The notes beneath the pieces are model-generated. The model had not been told where the DNA came from and searched no databases. It was given only the letters and a program-made list of their open reading frames with translations. Shown here one piece after another: positions 17,416 through 29,828 of a stretch of DNA of 64,000 bases. The stretch comes from Candidatus Cloacimonadota bacterium (GTDB taxonomy: Bacteria; Cloacimonadota; Cloacimonadia; Cloacimonadales; WRIO01). Both the position numbers and the translations under genes were made by a program. Where the stretch lies: assembly GCA_029553545.1 (NCBI GenBank), contig JAKPKU010000170.1, forward strand, positions 4,621-68,620, read 5' to 3'. How positions within the stretch are numbered: the stretch's first letter is position 1; each line of letters starts with the position of its first letter.

Positions 17416-18030
17416 ATGTTTGCATATCTTTCTGGTATATTAGCTGAGAAATCTCCAGGACTGGTAGTTATAGATTGCAATGGTATTGGTTATGAACTTC
17501 GGATTCCAATGAGCACATTTGACGTTTTGCCTGATATAAATGAAAAAGCGAAATTGTTTACCCATGTACATTTTAATACAGAAGATGGTAATCGTCTTTT
17601 TGGCTTTTTTACCACACAAGAAAAAGACCTCTTTAAAATACTTATTACACTCAATCGTGTTGGACCACGCACAGCTCTGTCTATATTGTCAACACTATCT
17701 GTTGTGGATTTTGTGACCTCTATTCACACAAGTAATCACAAACTTTTGGCAACAACACCAGGTTTGGGCACTAAGACTGCACAAAAAATGATAATTGAGT
17801 TAAAAGATAAAATCAATCAAATAGATGTAGGCACTGTTAGTGCTGAGCAAATTGAACAATTAGGCGAAGATAATTATAAAGAAGCAGAAGCAGCATTAAC
17901 AACACTTGGTTTTAAAGCATATGAGATTTCGAAAGCCTTTCGTGAACTAAGATTTGCAAAAAAGGCAACCACACAAGAAATCATCAAACAATCAATCCAA
18001 TATCTTTATCAAAAAAGGAATGAGTTATGA
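17416..18030 (+). CDS. ruvA: Holliday junction branch migration protein RuvA
   Basis: MFAYLSGIL start, OB-fold N-terminus, HhH motifs (VGPRTALSIL, PGLGTKTAQKMI). 204 aa. Confidence 0.9.
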   Translation: MFAYLSGILAEKSPGLVVIDCNGIGYELRIPMSTFDVLPDINEKAKLFTHVHFNTEDGNRLFGFFTTQEKDLFKILITLNRVGPRTALSILSTLSVVDFVTSIHTSNHKLLATTPGLGTKTAQKMIIELKDKINQIDVGTVSAEQIEQLGEDNYKEAEAALTTLGFKAYEISKAFRELRFAKKATTQEIIKQSIQYLYQKRNEL

Positions 18031-19346
18031 ATTTAAGAGAAGAAGCTTTTAATATTATAGTTAAAGTTATCAAGAATAATATGTTCTCTGATAAACTCTT
18101 AAGTCAATCAATAAAGAATATAAAAGGCAAAGAAGAAAACCCTAATTTGCTCTATGTCTTGGTCAGAGGCGTAATCAAAATGAGAGGTAATCTCGATTAT
18201 ATTGTGCAACAATACACAGAACCAGCAAAATATAAAGGCACAGATATTCGTGTCAAATGCCTACTCTACCTTGCTTTTTATCAATTGCTTTACTGCGATT
18301 CAATACCAGAACACGCAGCTGTTTATGAGTCGGTAGAGCTCGCTAAAAAGGTCTTTAATGAATCAATTGCGAACTTTGTAAATGCCGTATTGAGAGAATA
18401 CCAAAGAAATCCAAAGATAAACTACCCAGAAAATCCTGCTGAGAGAATTGCTTATGAACACTCATACCCTGTAGAAATCATAGCAAAATGGCTGCAAAGA
18501 ATGCCTGAAGACCAAGTTGAGTACCTGGCTATGTACTATAATGAACCGCCAAAACTCAATATACGTGTCAATCAATTGGCAACAACAAAGGCTAAGTTAA
18601 TATCGTACTTTGCTAAAAAAGAAGTAATAGTAACAGAGCATAAAGCCTGTGTTAATATGCTAACATCAGAGCAAGCAACGGAAGTATTGAATGATGTGGC
18701 ATTTGATGAGGGCTATTTTACCATACAAGATGTTTCCTCAGCAATGGTCATAGATTTGCTCGATCCACAAGAAAATGAGAGTATTTTAGACATGTTTGCA
18801 GGGCGTGGTGGGAAAGCAGGGTATATTGCAGAATTAATGAAGAATACGGGCGAAGTTGTTGCTGTCGATAAGATTCCAAATAAAGCCAAAGAGATGAAAC
18901 AAACCCTGGAAAGACTTGGTGTGAGTAACTTTAAAATAATAGTTGAAGATGCATTTAAATTCGGTCCTGTGGCACCTGCTTTCAATCGGGTTTTGATTGA
19001 TGTGCCTTGCTCTGGTTGGGGCGTTTTTCAAAAAAAAGCAGAGCTACGATGGCAAGAAAAACAGAATATAGCAGAGCTCATTAAATTACAAGAAAAAGCA
19101 TTACAAACAGCAGCACAATTTGTGAAGCCTGGTGGGTTTTTGGTTTACAGTACATGCACAATTAATGATGACGAAAACGAAGCACAAATAGAAAAGTTCT
19201 TGGCTCAGAATAAGAATTTTACCTTAATTGATGCAAGTAAGTGCATACCAAAAGAATATGTTAATAATAAGTATTTAAAAACAATACCGCATGTGCATCA
19301 TATAGATGGGGCATTTGCTGCTAAAATGCAGAAACAACAAAGCTAA
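18027..19346 (+). CDS. rsmB: 16S rRNA (cytosine-C5)-methyltransferase RsmB/Sun family
   Basis: NusB-like N-terminal domain plus SAM MTase motifs (DMFAGRGGK, IDVPCSGWG, YSTCT). It overlaps the ruvA stop by 4 nt. Confidence 0.85.
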   Translation: MNLREEAFNIIVKVIKNNMFSDKLLSQSIKNIKGKEENPNLLYVLVRGVIKMRGNLDYIVQQYTEPAKYKGTDIRVKCLLYLAFYQLLYCDSIPEHAAVYESVELAKKVFNESIANFVNAVLREYQRNPKINYPENPAERIAYEHSYPVEIIAKWLQRMPEDQVEYLAMYYNEPPKLNIRVNQLATTKAKLISYFAKKEVIVTEHKACVNMLTSEQATEVLNDVAFDEGYFTIQDVSSAMVIDLLDPQENESILDMFAGRGGKAGYIAELMKNTGEVVAVDKIPNKAKEMKQTLERLGVSNFKIIVEDAFKFGPVAPAFNRVLIDVPCSGWGVFQKKAELRWQEKQNIAELIKLQEKALQTAAQFVKPGGFLVYSTCTINDDENEAQIEKFLAQNKNFTLIDASKCIPKEYVNNKYLKTIPHVHHIDGAFAAKMQKQQS

Positions 19347-19359
19347 AAAGGTTGAATTA

Positions 19360-19938
19360 ATGAAGTCTAAAGCGTTTATTATTTCTTTATTAATATTCAT
19401 AATCCTCTTTTTTATAGGCATAGTAATAGCAAATGCACTTATGAGATATATCGTCAGATATCAAAAAGAGGTAGATGTGCCAGCACTGGTAGGCTTGCAC
19501 TACGATGAAGCAAAGGACTTGTGTATTGAGAAAAAATTATACATTGCTGTTGCTGATTATGAGTATAATGAAATGCCAAAGAATATAATTATCTCGCAAA
19601 AACCATATTCTGGAAAAAAGACTTATGAAAATAGAACAATATACGTTATGCTCAGTCTGGGCGAGAAAAAGGTCATTGTCCCTGATTTAACAGGCATGCA
19701 TATTAATGATATAGAAAATGAACTGAAAAAGCATGGGCTCGGGCTCAGTGAAACAGAGTATGAATATTCAGATACTGTCGAACAAAACCATGTAATCTAC
19801 ACCAGCCCGCCATCAGGAGCGCCACTGATGGAAGGAAAAACAGTCAAAGTCATTATCAGTGCAGGTAGAAAATCGTATCAAGATAATAGCGATAATAACT
19901 ACCAATATGACCCAAGTACCGACGATTATATTTATTAA
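19360..19938 (+). CDS. Membrane-anchored PASTA domain protein
   Basis: One TM helix and then two PASTA-like repeats (VPALVG.., VPDLTG..). The start was moved to the ATG at 19360 (MKSKAF) because the track start at 19306 lies inside rsmB. Confidence 0.7.
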   Translation: MKSKAFIISLLIFIILFFIGIVIANALMRYIVRYQKEVDVPALVGLHYDEAKDLCIEKKLYIAVADYEYNEMPKNIIISQKPYSGKKTYENRTIYVMLSLGEKKVIVPDLTGMHINDIENELKKHGLGLSETEYEYSDTVEQNHVIYTSPPSGAPLMEGKTVKVIISAGRKSYQDNSDNNYQYDPSTDDYIY

Positions 19939-20142
19939 AAACAAGCATTTTAATGATGAGCCTATAATAAATAATATAATGCATTTCTATTGAAATAAAC
20001 TCTTTTTATAACTATATGTAAAATAGGGCATTAATAGTGTTATTTATTGCTTGAAAAAAATGAAGAAAAAGTAAAAAAAACATTGACAGAAAAAGAGATA
20101 TGACAGATTGTCTTATATAGAAAAAAGGATATTAACTGTTGA

Positions 20143-22062
<1,920 letters not shown>

Positions 22063-22096
22063 ACTTGCCGATCTAAAAAATGGAGGATAATTAATA

Positions 22097-24697
22097 ATGA
22101 CTGATCTAAAATCGAAAGTAATTACAGTTGAAATAGATGAAGAACTCAAAAAATCCTATATGAATTACTCTATGAGCGTCATCGTCTCTCGTGCACTGCC
22201 TGACGTGCGTGACGGACTAAAGCCCTCACAAAGAAGAATCTTATACTCTATGCACGAATTAAATCTAAACCCAGGAGGGCAATTTAGAAAGTGTGCAAAA
22301 ATTGCAGGCGATACATCAGGTAACTACCACCCACACGGCGAAGCAGTAGTTTATCCAACCTTGGTGCGTATGGCGCAACCATGGGCATTGAGATATATGC
22401 TCGTCGATGGACAAGGTAACTTTGGTTCGATCGATGGTGATCCACCAGCAGCAATGCGTTATACTGAAGCAAGATTGCAAAGAGCAGCAATTGATCTTAT
22501 GGATGATCTTGAAAAAGAGACTGTAGATTTTCGTGGCAATTACGATGATACACGTAAGGAGCCCACTGTTTTTCCATCAAAGTTTCCCAACATGCTGGTA
22601 AATGGCGCATCGGGTATAGCTGTCGGTATGGCAACAAGCATGCCCCCACATAATATCAATGAAGTGTGTAGTGCAATAATCGCTCTGATCGACAATCCAG
22701 AGCTTACTTCTCTCGATTTATTACAATATATTAAAGGTCCTGACTTCCCAACAGGAGGCACAATTTTAGGTACCAAAGGTATTACTGAATACTTCGCAAC
22801 AGGTCGTGGTAAGGTGATTGTACGTGGTAAAGCTGAAATAGAAAAGAAATCTAATGATCAGGAGCTGATAGTAATTAAAGAAATACCTTATCAAGTGAAC
22901 AAAACCCTTCTTATTGAAAGAATTGTCGAGCTTGTTAAGACAAAAAGAATAGAAGGCATTGCCGATATCCGTGATGAATCAGGCAGACAAGGGATGAGAT
23001 TAGTCATTGTCATTAAGAAGACCGCGGATGCACAAACTGTGCTCAATAAACTTTACAAATATTCTCAATTACAAGGAACATTTGGCGTTATCAACCTCGC
23101 TTTAGTCAATGGTGCACCTGAAGTATTACCAATGAAAGACTTAGTTCAAAACTTTATTGACTTCAGACATGAAGTTGTTGTCAGACGTACTCAATTCTTA
23201 CTTAAAAATGCTGAAGCAAGGCTGCATATTTTAGAAGGCTATAGAATCGCATTGGACAATATCGATGAGGTTATTGCAACAATTAGAGCCTCAGAGACAA
23301 CACAAATTGCCAGTGAGCAGCTTCAGTTAAAGTTTGGACTATCAGAAATTCAAGCAAAAGCTATTCTTGAGATGCGTTTACAAAGACTGACAGGCTTGGA
23401 ACGTGATAAAATCGAACAAGAATACAATGAGATTGTAAAAACAGTCCATGAATTAAAAGAGATCCTTGAGAAAAAAGAATTACGTATGAATATTATTAAA
23501 GATGAGACGCAACAAATATCTGATAAGTATAATGATAACCGCAAAACAGAAATAGGCAAAAGTGAAGGCACAGAGATATCTGATCTTGACTTGATTCCAG
23601 ACGAGACTTGCGTAATCACACTGTCTCATGAAGGTTATATTAAAAGAATGCCTATTAATCTATACAGAACACAGGCACGTGGCGGTAAAGGATCATCTGG
23701 CACAAACTTAAAAGAAGACGATTTTGTTCAATACATATTTGTGGCGTCAACCCACGACTATATCTTATTCTTCACAAACCTCGGTAAATGCCTATGGCTA
23801 AGAGTTCACGAAATACCCGAAGCAGGTAAACAAGCACGTGGCAAGGCTATCATCAACTTGCTTGAAATTGAGCAAGGAGAAAAGATCAAAACACTTGTCA
23901 CATGTGATAATCTGAGAGACGACCACTATATCGTGATGGCGACCAAAAAAGGCTTGATCAAAAAGACAGCTTTATCAGCTTACTCAAGACCTCGTTCAAA
24001 GGGTATTATTGCAATTAATCTCAATGATGGTGATGAATTGATTGATGCACGCATTTCTGATGGACAAAGCTTTATTGCTATGGCAACGGCAGATGGCTTC
24101 TGTAATAGATTTGCAGAAACCGATATTCGTGCAACAGGTAGAAATACAGCGGGCGTAACAGGTATTAGATTGAGACCTACTGACGAAGTAATGTCTATGC
24201 TTGTATTGAGCAGCGAAGGCAATCTTCTTACCCTCACCGAAAAAGGTTATGGAAAACGTACAGCTATCTCTGAATACACACAAACAAAACGCGGCTCAAA
24301 AGGTGTAAGCGCTTTTGCTTCTGATAAAACATCAAAAATTGGCAAGCTCGTCACGATGATGGAAGTCGCTGATAGTGATGAGTTGATGATTATTACTAAA
24401 AACGGTATTATTATCAGACAAAAAGTGGAGAATATCAACCTGCAAGGCAGAAGAACTCAAGGCGTTAAACTGATCAATGTTGGCGAAGATGACATGGTTC
24501 ATGATGTAACAAAAATCAGCGAAGAAGACCAAGAAGAGAACTTAGCATTACAAGAAAAACTCGTTTTAGAAAGACAACAGTATGCAAAAGAGATGCAAGA
24601 GGCTTATCCTAATGATGATGAAGAAAACCTCTTAAACCCATTGGAAGAAGACGATGAAGAAAATGATATTCCAAATGAAGACGAGGAAGATGAATAA
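22097..24697 (+). CDS. gyrA: DNA gyrase subunit A
   Basis: Motifs DGLKPSQRRILY, HPHGE, and the AAMRYTEARL active-site Tyr region. It also has a C-terminal beta-pinwheel and an acidic D/E tail. Confidence 0.97.
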   Translation: MTDLKSKVITVEIDEELKKSYMNYSMSVIVSRALPDVRDGLKPSQRRILYSMHELNLNPGGQFRKCAKIAGDTSGNYHPHGEAVVYPTLVRMAQPWALRYMLVDGQGNFGSIDGDPPAAMRYTEARLQRAAIDLMDDLEKETVDFRGNYDDTRKEPTVFPSKFPNMLVNGASGIAVGMATSMPPHNINEVCSAIIALIDNPELTSLDLLQYIKGPDFPTGGTILGTKGITEYFATGRGKVIVRGKAEIEKKSNDQELIVIKEIPYQVNKTLLIERIVELVKTKRIEGIADIRDESGRQGMRLVIVIKKTADAQTVLNKLYKYSQLQGTFGVINLALVNGAPEVLPMKDLVQNFIDFRHEVVVRRTQFLLKNAEARLHILEGYRIALDNIDEVIATIRASETTQIASEQLQLKFGLSEIQAKAILEMRLQRLTGLERDKIEQEYNEIVKTVHELKEILEKKELRMNIIKDETQQISDKYNDNRKTEIGKSEGTEISDLDLIPDETCVITLSHEGYIKRMPINLYRTQARGGKGSSGTNLKEDDFVQYIFVASTHDYILFFTNLGKCLWLRVHEIPEAGKQARGKAIINLLEIEQGEKIKTLVTCDNLRDDHYIVMATKKGLIKKTALSAYSRPRSKGIIAINLNDGDELIDARISDGQSFIAMATADGFCNRFAETDIRATGRNTAGVTGIRLRPTDEVMSMLVLSSEGNLLTLTEKGYGKRTAISEYTQTKRGSKGVSAFASDKTSKIGKLVTMMEVADSDELMIITKNGIIIRQKVENINLQGRRTQGVKLINVGEDDMVHDVTKISEEDQEENLALQEKLVLERQQYAKEMQEAYPNDDEENLLNPLEEDDEENDIPNEDEEDE

Positions 24698-25277
24698 TTA
24701 TAAAACAAATTGCAGGCAGTTTTATTACTGCCTGTCTCTTCTTTTTATATTATTCCTAACTGGCTGTTCAACAAGGTTCCTGCCAATCCAATCGCCAGAT
24801 TTAATCATTGCAGATGATCTGGCAATCTACAAAAGCGAGGGAATCACATTGACAGTCACAGAACAAATGTGGATAAAGGACCCGCAATTCCTCTCTGACC
24901 ACTATACAACGTTTTGGATAAAAGTTCAAAACAATACAAGTCAACCATACAAAGTAAGACCGTCCAGCTTTGCTTTACTCGACGAAGATAGAAATCAAAT
25001 GGATGTACAAGATCAAGAACAGGTATTAGATCTTATGCTGCAAAATGAGACTTTATATATTGACCGCTTTTTAATGTCAACACAGTCACAGCAAGAGATC
25101 TTGCAAAAAAGACAGCTTATCCAAAAGAATATTATGCTTGATTCTTTTTCATTTGGAGACATTTTGCCTCATGCGTCAAAACAGGGCATCATCTTCTTTC
25201 CAAAAGTAAAAGGAAACATCAATCAGCTTGTTTTTGTCTTTAATAATAAAGAAATTACATTTCAAAGAATAAAATAG
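24690..25277 (+). CDS. Hypothetical lipoprotein
   Basis: Lipobox LFLTGCS. The likely start is the ATG at 24690 (MNNYK), which overlaps the gyrA stop by 8 nt. The track start at 24654 lies inside the gyrA tail. Confidence 0.6.
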   Translation: MNNYKTNCRQFYYCLSLLFILFLTGCSTRFLPIQSPDLIIADDLAIYKSEGITLTVTEQMWIKDPQFLSDHYTTFWIKVQNNTSQPYKVRPSSFALLDEDRNQMDVQDQEQVLDLMLQNETLYIDRFLMSTQSQQEILQKRQLIQKNIMLDSFSFGDILPHASKQGIIFFPKVKGNINQLVFVFNNKEITFQRIK

Positions 25278-25289
25278 AATGAGGTTTAT

Positions 25290-27074
25290 ATGTTAAACTT
25301 AATGGGAAATTGGAAGCGAAGCCACTACTGTGGCGATATAAATGAAACCCTTGAAGGGCAAGAAGTTATTCTCATGGGATGGGTGCATCGCCGAAGAGAC
25401 TTAGGTGCCTTAATATTCATCGATTTAAGAGATGTGAAAGGCATAGTTCAGTGTGTGTTCGATCCAGCAAATCAGCAGCCTTATGAAGTTGCAAAAGATG
25501 TCCGTAATGAGTATGTCATTGCTGTGAGAGGCAAGGTCTATCCACGTGGAGAAAAGAATCTAAACTTGAACATGAAAACGGGCAGAATCGAATTACATAT
25601 TACAGAGGCTATGCTTTTAAACCAAAGCGAGCCGCTGCCTATACAGCTCAATGAAAACGTTTTGGCTGAAGAAGATTTACGACTGACCTATAGGTATCTC
25701 GATTTACGACGTGATGTTTTGCAGAAGAATTTGATCATGCGTCACAATATGATTTTTGCTATTAGAGAGTTTTTAACACAAAAATCTTTCTATGAAATAG
25801 AGACACCCATCTTGATGAAAAGCACGCCAGAAGGGGCAAGAGACTATCTTGTTCCAAGCCGTATTCATCATGGCAAATTCTTTGCTTTGCCTCAATCACC
25901 ACAGATTTATAAACAGCTTTTAATGATATCAGGGATGGACAGATACTTCCAAATTGCCCGCTGCTTCCGTGATGAAGACTTACGTGCAGATAGGCAACCT
26001 GAATTTACACAGCTTGACCTTGAAATGAGCTTTGTTACTCAAGATGAGATCTTTGAGCTGATGGAAGAGCTGTTTGCTTATGTTTTTAAAAAGACAATTA
26101 ATTATGAGTTAAAGACGCCTTTCAAGAGGCTTTGTTGGCAAGAAGCAATGGATAAATATGGTATAGACAAACCAGATTTGAGATTTGGTATGGAGTTGAT
26201 CGACGTCTCAGATATTGTTGCAAACTCAGAATTTCAAGTCTTCAAATCAGCTTTTGAAGCAAAAGGTTCTGTAAGATGCGTTGTTGCCCCTAATTGTGCA
26301 CATTATAGCAGAAAACAAATTGACGAACTTACCGCTATTGCCAAGCATCTTGATGGCAAAGGATTAGCTTTTGTCAAAGTCACTGAAACTGGCTTTGATG
26401 GTGGCATAACGAAGTTTTTAAGCGAAACAGAAATCTTAAACATTAAAGAAAAAACACAGGCAAAGGTAAATGATTTAATCTTATTTGCTGCAGATACAAA
26501 TAAAGTCGTTTATAAGGTCTTGGCTGGTATTAGAAATCACTTTGGCAAAGAATTAAAGCTCTATGATGAAAATGATTTTGCCTTCTGTTGGATAACTGAT
26601 TTTCCTCTATTTGAGTACAATGACGATGAGCAAAGATGGGAGCCAGCGCACCATATGTTCTCTTTACCAAAAGAAGAGCACATTCCTTATTTAGACGATG
26701 AAAGCAAGTTTGGCGAGATAAAAGGGCAGCTTTACGACATGGTATGCAATGGCATGGAGCTCTCTTCTGGCAGTATTAGATGTCATCGTTGGGATATTCA
26801 AAAGAAGATATTTGATGTTTTGGGGTTCAAAGAAGAAGAGCTTGCAGACAAGTTTGGTTTCTTTATAAACGCTCTCAAATACGGCACACCACCACATGGG
26901 GGCATTGCACCAGGCATTGATAGACTTGTAATGATCTTAACTAAAGCTGAGTCTTTACGCGATGTGATCGCTTTTCCAAAAACTCTCAAAGCTGTCGATC
27001 TTATGAGTCAATGTCCATCTCATGTAGACGAAAAACAGCTTAAAGAATTAGGCATCAAGCTTACTAAAGAATAA
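25290..27074 (+). CDS. aspS: Aspartate--tRNA ligase
   Basis: OB-fold N-terminus and class IIb motifs (FRDEDLRADRQPEFTQLD, GGIAPGIDRLVM). 594 aa. Confidence 0.95.
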   Translation: MLNLMGNWKRSHYCGDINETLEGQEVILMGWVHRRRDLGALIFIDLRDVKGIVQCVFDPANQQPYEVAKDVRNEYVIAVRGKVYPRGEKNLNLNMKTGRIELHITEAMLLNQSEPLPIQLNENVLAEEDLRLTYRYLDLRRDVLQKNLIMRHNMIFAIREFLTQKSFYEIETPILMKSTPEGARDYLVPSRIHHGKFFALPQSPQIYKQLLMISGMDRYFQIARCFRDEDLRADRQPEFTQLDLEMSFVTQDEIFELMEELFAYVFKKTINYELKTPFKRLCWQEAMDKYGIDKPDLRFGMELIDVSDIVANSEFQVFKSAFEAKGSVRCVVAPNCAHYSRKQIDELTAIAKHLDGKGLAFVKVTETGFDGGITKFLSETEILNIKEKTQAKVNDLILFAADTNKVVYKVLAGIRNHFGKELKLYDENDFAFCWITDFPLFEYNDDEQRWEPAHHMFSLPKEEHIPYLDDESKFGEIKGQLYDMVCNGMELSSGSIRCHRWDIQKKIFDVLGFKEEELADKFGFFINALKYGTPPHGGIAPGIDRLVMILTKAESLRDVIAFPKTLKAVDLMSQCPSHVDEKQLKELGIKLTKE

Positions 27075-28220
27075 TTATAAACCGATAGGCAGTGTTATTG
27101 TAAAGGTCGTTCCTTTTTCTGGTTCTGACTCAAAGGTAGCACTGCCTGACAAATAGTTTTCTGTTAATAGCTTGATACTATATGTCCCCAGCCCTCGGTT
27201 CTTACCCTTTGTTGAATAAACCTTTTTAAAGATATTTGCTTTGATATCTTCATTCATCACTTGTGGATTATGCGTGTAAAAGCTAATTCTATCTTCTTCT
27301 GTAATATTGCAGCCTATTCTCACAATATCACCGCTAACAGCGGCTTCCAGGGCGTTCTTTAGCATATTTCCAAACACTCTTTTAAAGATTGTAGTATCAC
27401 TTTTAAAACTCGTATCAGCAGAGCTTTCATCAATTCTAATCTCTTTATCTTTGCTAATCTTGTGCAATTGATATTTACTTGCCATTATCTTCATCAGATC
27501 TATGCTGGAATCAATTTTAACTTGTTCAGTCTGCAGCTCATTATTTTCAGTTAATATAATCTCACGATGCGATTTAATCTCATCTGTTAGTTGTAAAGAA
27601 ACATTGTAGAGGTTATTAATATAATAATTAATCTGTTCATCTGAAACTAAACTTTTCAGCAAGTCAGTTGTAATTTGAATGATTGTAGCAGTATTTGAAA
27701 TATCATGTATAAATATCTTTTCCATCATATATTGCTGTTTGAACTTTGATATATCTTGCACAGAAAGGCATACATACTTTTTATCTGAAATATCAATTGG
27801 GTTTGAGCTGACTCTAAGTTCAAGAAAATCATACTTTTCATTGACGAGCGTACTTATTCTACAATCCCGTTCATCTGGGATTCCTTCTAAACCACTCATA
27901 ATGGTGGTTAAAGCAGGGCAGTATTTACAAAAGTGATGTGTACCGCATCCAGAGGGTGCCTCTTTGCTGTTCTCACAATTGACTATCTCACCCAAGCGAC
28001 AACCAAGAACACTCTCTTCATCATATTCCTCCAATAAGTCAAAAAAAGCCTTATTGCAATATACGGCTTGCATATTATTATTCAACAATAAAATTGGAGC
28101 AGTGACAGCTTCGAGCAATGTAACCACATTTTTTTGTTCTTTTAGCCATTTATTATATTGAACGATATCTTCCTGCGCATCCCTTACTGGGCTTGCATAA
28201 TAGGTTTTAGCCTCTTCCAT
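27075..28220 (-). CDS. Sensor histidine kinase with a Cys-rich PAS-like N-terminal domain
   Basis: H-box FIHDISN and an HATPase_c C-terminus (GLGTYS, G-rich lid). The Cys cluster is GCRLGEIVNCENSKEAPSGCGTHHFCKYCP. No TM segment and no adjacent response regulator. Confidence 0.8.
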   Translation of the reverse strand: MEEAKTYYASPVRDAQEDIVQYNKWLKEQKNVVTLLEAVTAPILLLNNNMQAVYCNKAFFDLLEEYDEESVLGCRLGEIVNCENSKEAPSGCGTHHFCKYCPALTTIMSGLEGIPDERDCRISTLVNEKYDFLELRVSSNPIDISDKKYVCLSVQDISKFKQQYMMEKIFIHDISNTATIIQITTDLLKSLVSDEQINYYINNLYNVSLQLTDEIKSHREIILTENNELQTEQVKIDSSIDLMKIMASKYQLHKISKDKEIRIDESSADTSFKSDTTIFKRVFGNMLKNALEAAVSGDIVRIGCNITEEDRISFYTHNPQVMNEDIKANIFKKVYSTKGKNRGLGTYSIKLLTENYLSGSATFESEPEKGTTFTITLPIGL

Positions 28221-28223
28221 TAT

Positions 28224-29072
28224 TTACCTCTTCAAAAAATCCTCTAAAGCGTTTTTCCATAGTCTTGGTTTTTCACCAAGTAAAAAGGAGATCTTATTGG
28301 TGTTTAATACTGAATAATCTGGGCGTGGCGTTTTATCTGGATATTCATTTGCCGTTATGGCTTTTATAAAACTCTTTGCTCCCATATTATACTTTTTTAA
28401 AATGCGTTCTATTTCTAAAGCTATAAAATATCTACTTGCAATGCCCTCATTTGCAAAGTGATAAATTCCACTTTCATTTCTTTCAATTAGTTTAGCCAAT
28501 ACATCCGCTGTGTCAACAGTATAAGTAAGCTTTCCAAGCTGGTCTGAAACGACATTTATTTCATCTTTTGTTTTAATAAGCTCTGATATCACAGAGATAA
28601 AGTTTTTACCATGCGGTCCAAACAACCAAGAGACACGCAGTATCAAAGGGTCTTTCGCAATATCTAAAGCATAGGTTTCACCTTTAGCCTTTGATGCACC
28701 ATAAGCATTTACAGGGTCAATCTCATCATCCTCATGCTTTTCAAAAAAGTCTTTACCGCTAAAGACAAAGTCTGTACTTATCTGTATAAGCTTAAAATCA
28801 TAGTTCTTTGATAAGTTTGCCAAATCTCGAATTGCTTCGCCATTTACAGCATTTGCCTTCTCAAATTCTGTTTCTGCTTTTGTCACATCTGTATAGGCAG
28901 CGCAATTGATCAGATACTCTGGTTTATCACGCTTTATCACCGCTTCCATCTGCTCAAAATTAAGTAGATTAAAGTCTTTTGATCCATAACTCGTATGATC
29001 AGCAAAATAAGCATTATTTTTTATCGCATAAGCAAGCATTCCTTCGCTACCAGTAATCAAGAACTTTGCCAT
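28224..29072 (-). CDS. rfbD: dTDP-4-dehydrorhamnose reductase
   Basis: N-terminal motif LITGSEGMLA, and the Y..SK catalytic pattern (YGASKAKGE). 282 aa. Confidence 0.85.
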   Translation of the reverse strand: MAKFLITGSEGMLAYAIKNNAYFADHTSYGSKDFNLLNFEQMEAVIKRDKPEYLINCAAYTDVTKAETEFEKANAVNGEAIRDLANLSKNYDFKLIQISTDFVFSGKDFFEKHEDDEIDPVNAYGASKAKGETYALDIAKDPLILRVSWLFGPHGKNFISVISELIKTKDEINVVSDQLGKLTYTVDTADVLAKLIERNESGIYHFANEGIASRYFIALEIERILKKYNMGAKSFIKAITANEYPDKTPRPDYSVLNTNKISFLLGEKPRLWKNALEDFLKR

Positions 29073-29084
29073 ATTTACCCCTTT

Positions 29085-29804
29085 TTAATTAATAAATAAT
29101 TTCACAAGCTTGGGCAGCACTTCGCCAGATTTACCCAAATGGAATTCTTCGATAAAGCTTCTATTCTCAGGTTCAGTCAGATTTACACCCAATGTTTTCA
29201 CACCGTAAGAGCGTGCAAAGAGTAAAAACTGTGCTGCTGGATATACCTGTCCACTTGTACCGATAGTCATAAAATAAGTTGCCTTTCTCAGAGCTTCGTC
29301 AATTTCATCCATAAAATAAGGCATTTCGCCAAACCACACAATATCAGGACGCAAATCAGCACCACAGGCTATACAACTTGGTACATCTATATTTAAGTCA
29401 ATATCTTTAACAGAATAATGTTTTTTACATCTCGTGCAAAAGCAACTATTTAGCTGCCCGTGCATTTCAAGTATTTTTTTTGAACCCGCCCTGCGATGCA
29501 AGTCATCTACATTCTGTGTAATGAGGCTAAAATTACCTTGCAAGTAGTCTTCCAGCTCTGCAAGTGCATAGTGTCCTGGGTTTGGTTCCACCTCACTCAG
29601 CTGATTGTAACGTTCCTTATAAAATTGCCAAACGAGCTTTGGGTCAGCTCTAAAGCCTTCAGGGGTTGCCACTTTTTCCACAGGGTGATTTTCCCAAAGT
29701 CCATCACTATCTCTAAATGTTTTTATACCAGATTCTGCACTAATTCCTGCTCCTGTAAGGATAACTACAAAGTCCTCTTTTTTAATATGATAATTTGTTT
29801 TCAA
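29085..29804 (-). CDS. cobB: NAD-dependent protein deacylase (Sir2/CobB family)
   Basis: Motifs GAGISAESGI, QNVDDLH and HG. Zn ribbon CTRC...CIAC. TTG start behind the RBS aggagg. Confidence 0.9.
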   Translation of the reverse strand: MKTNYHIKKEDFVVILTGAGISAESGIKTFRDSDGLWENHPVEKVATPEGFRADPKLVWQFYKERYNQLSEVEPNPGHYALAELEDYLQGNFSLITQNVDDLHRRAGSKKILEMHGQLNSCFCTRCKKHYSVKDIDLNIDVPSCIACGADLRPDIVWFGEMPYFMDEIDEALRKATYFMTIGTSGQVYPAAQFLLFARSYGVKTLGVNLTEPENRSFIEEFHLGKSGEVLPKLVKLFIN

Positions 29805-29828
29805 TTTAGCCTCCTAATAATTAATTGG

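Noticed and set aside
29085-29804. Sir2-family protein as a candidate anti-phage defence effector.
   Set aside because: - It has the canonical short CobB/sirtuin layout, with GAGISAESGI and a CxxC...CxxC zinc ribbon.
- It has no fused or adjacent sensor partner.
- It is embedded in a housekeeping operon (mtaB, ABC ATPase, rfbD).
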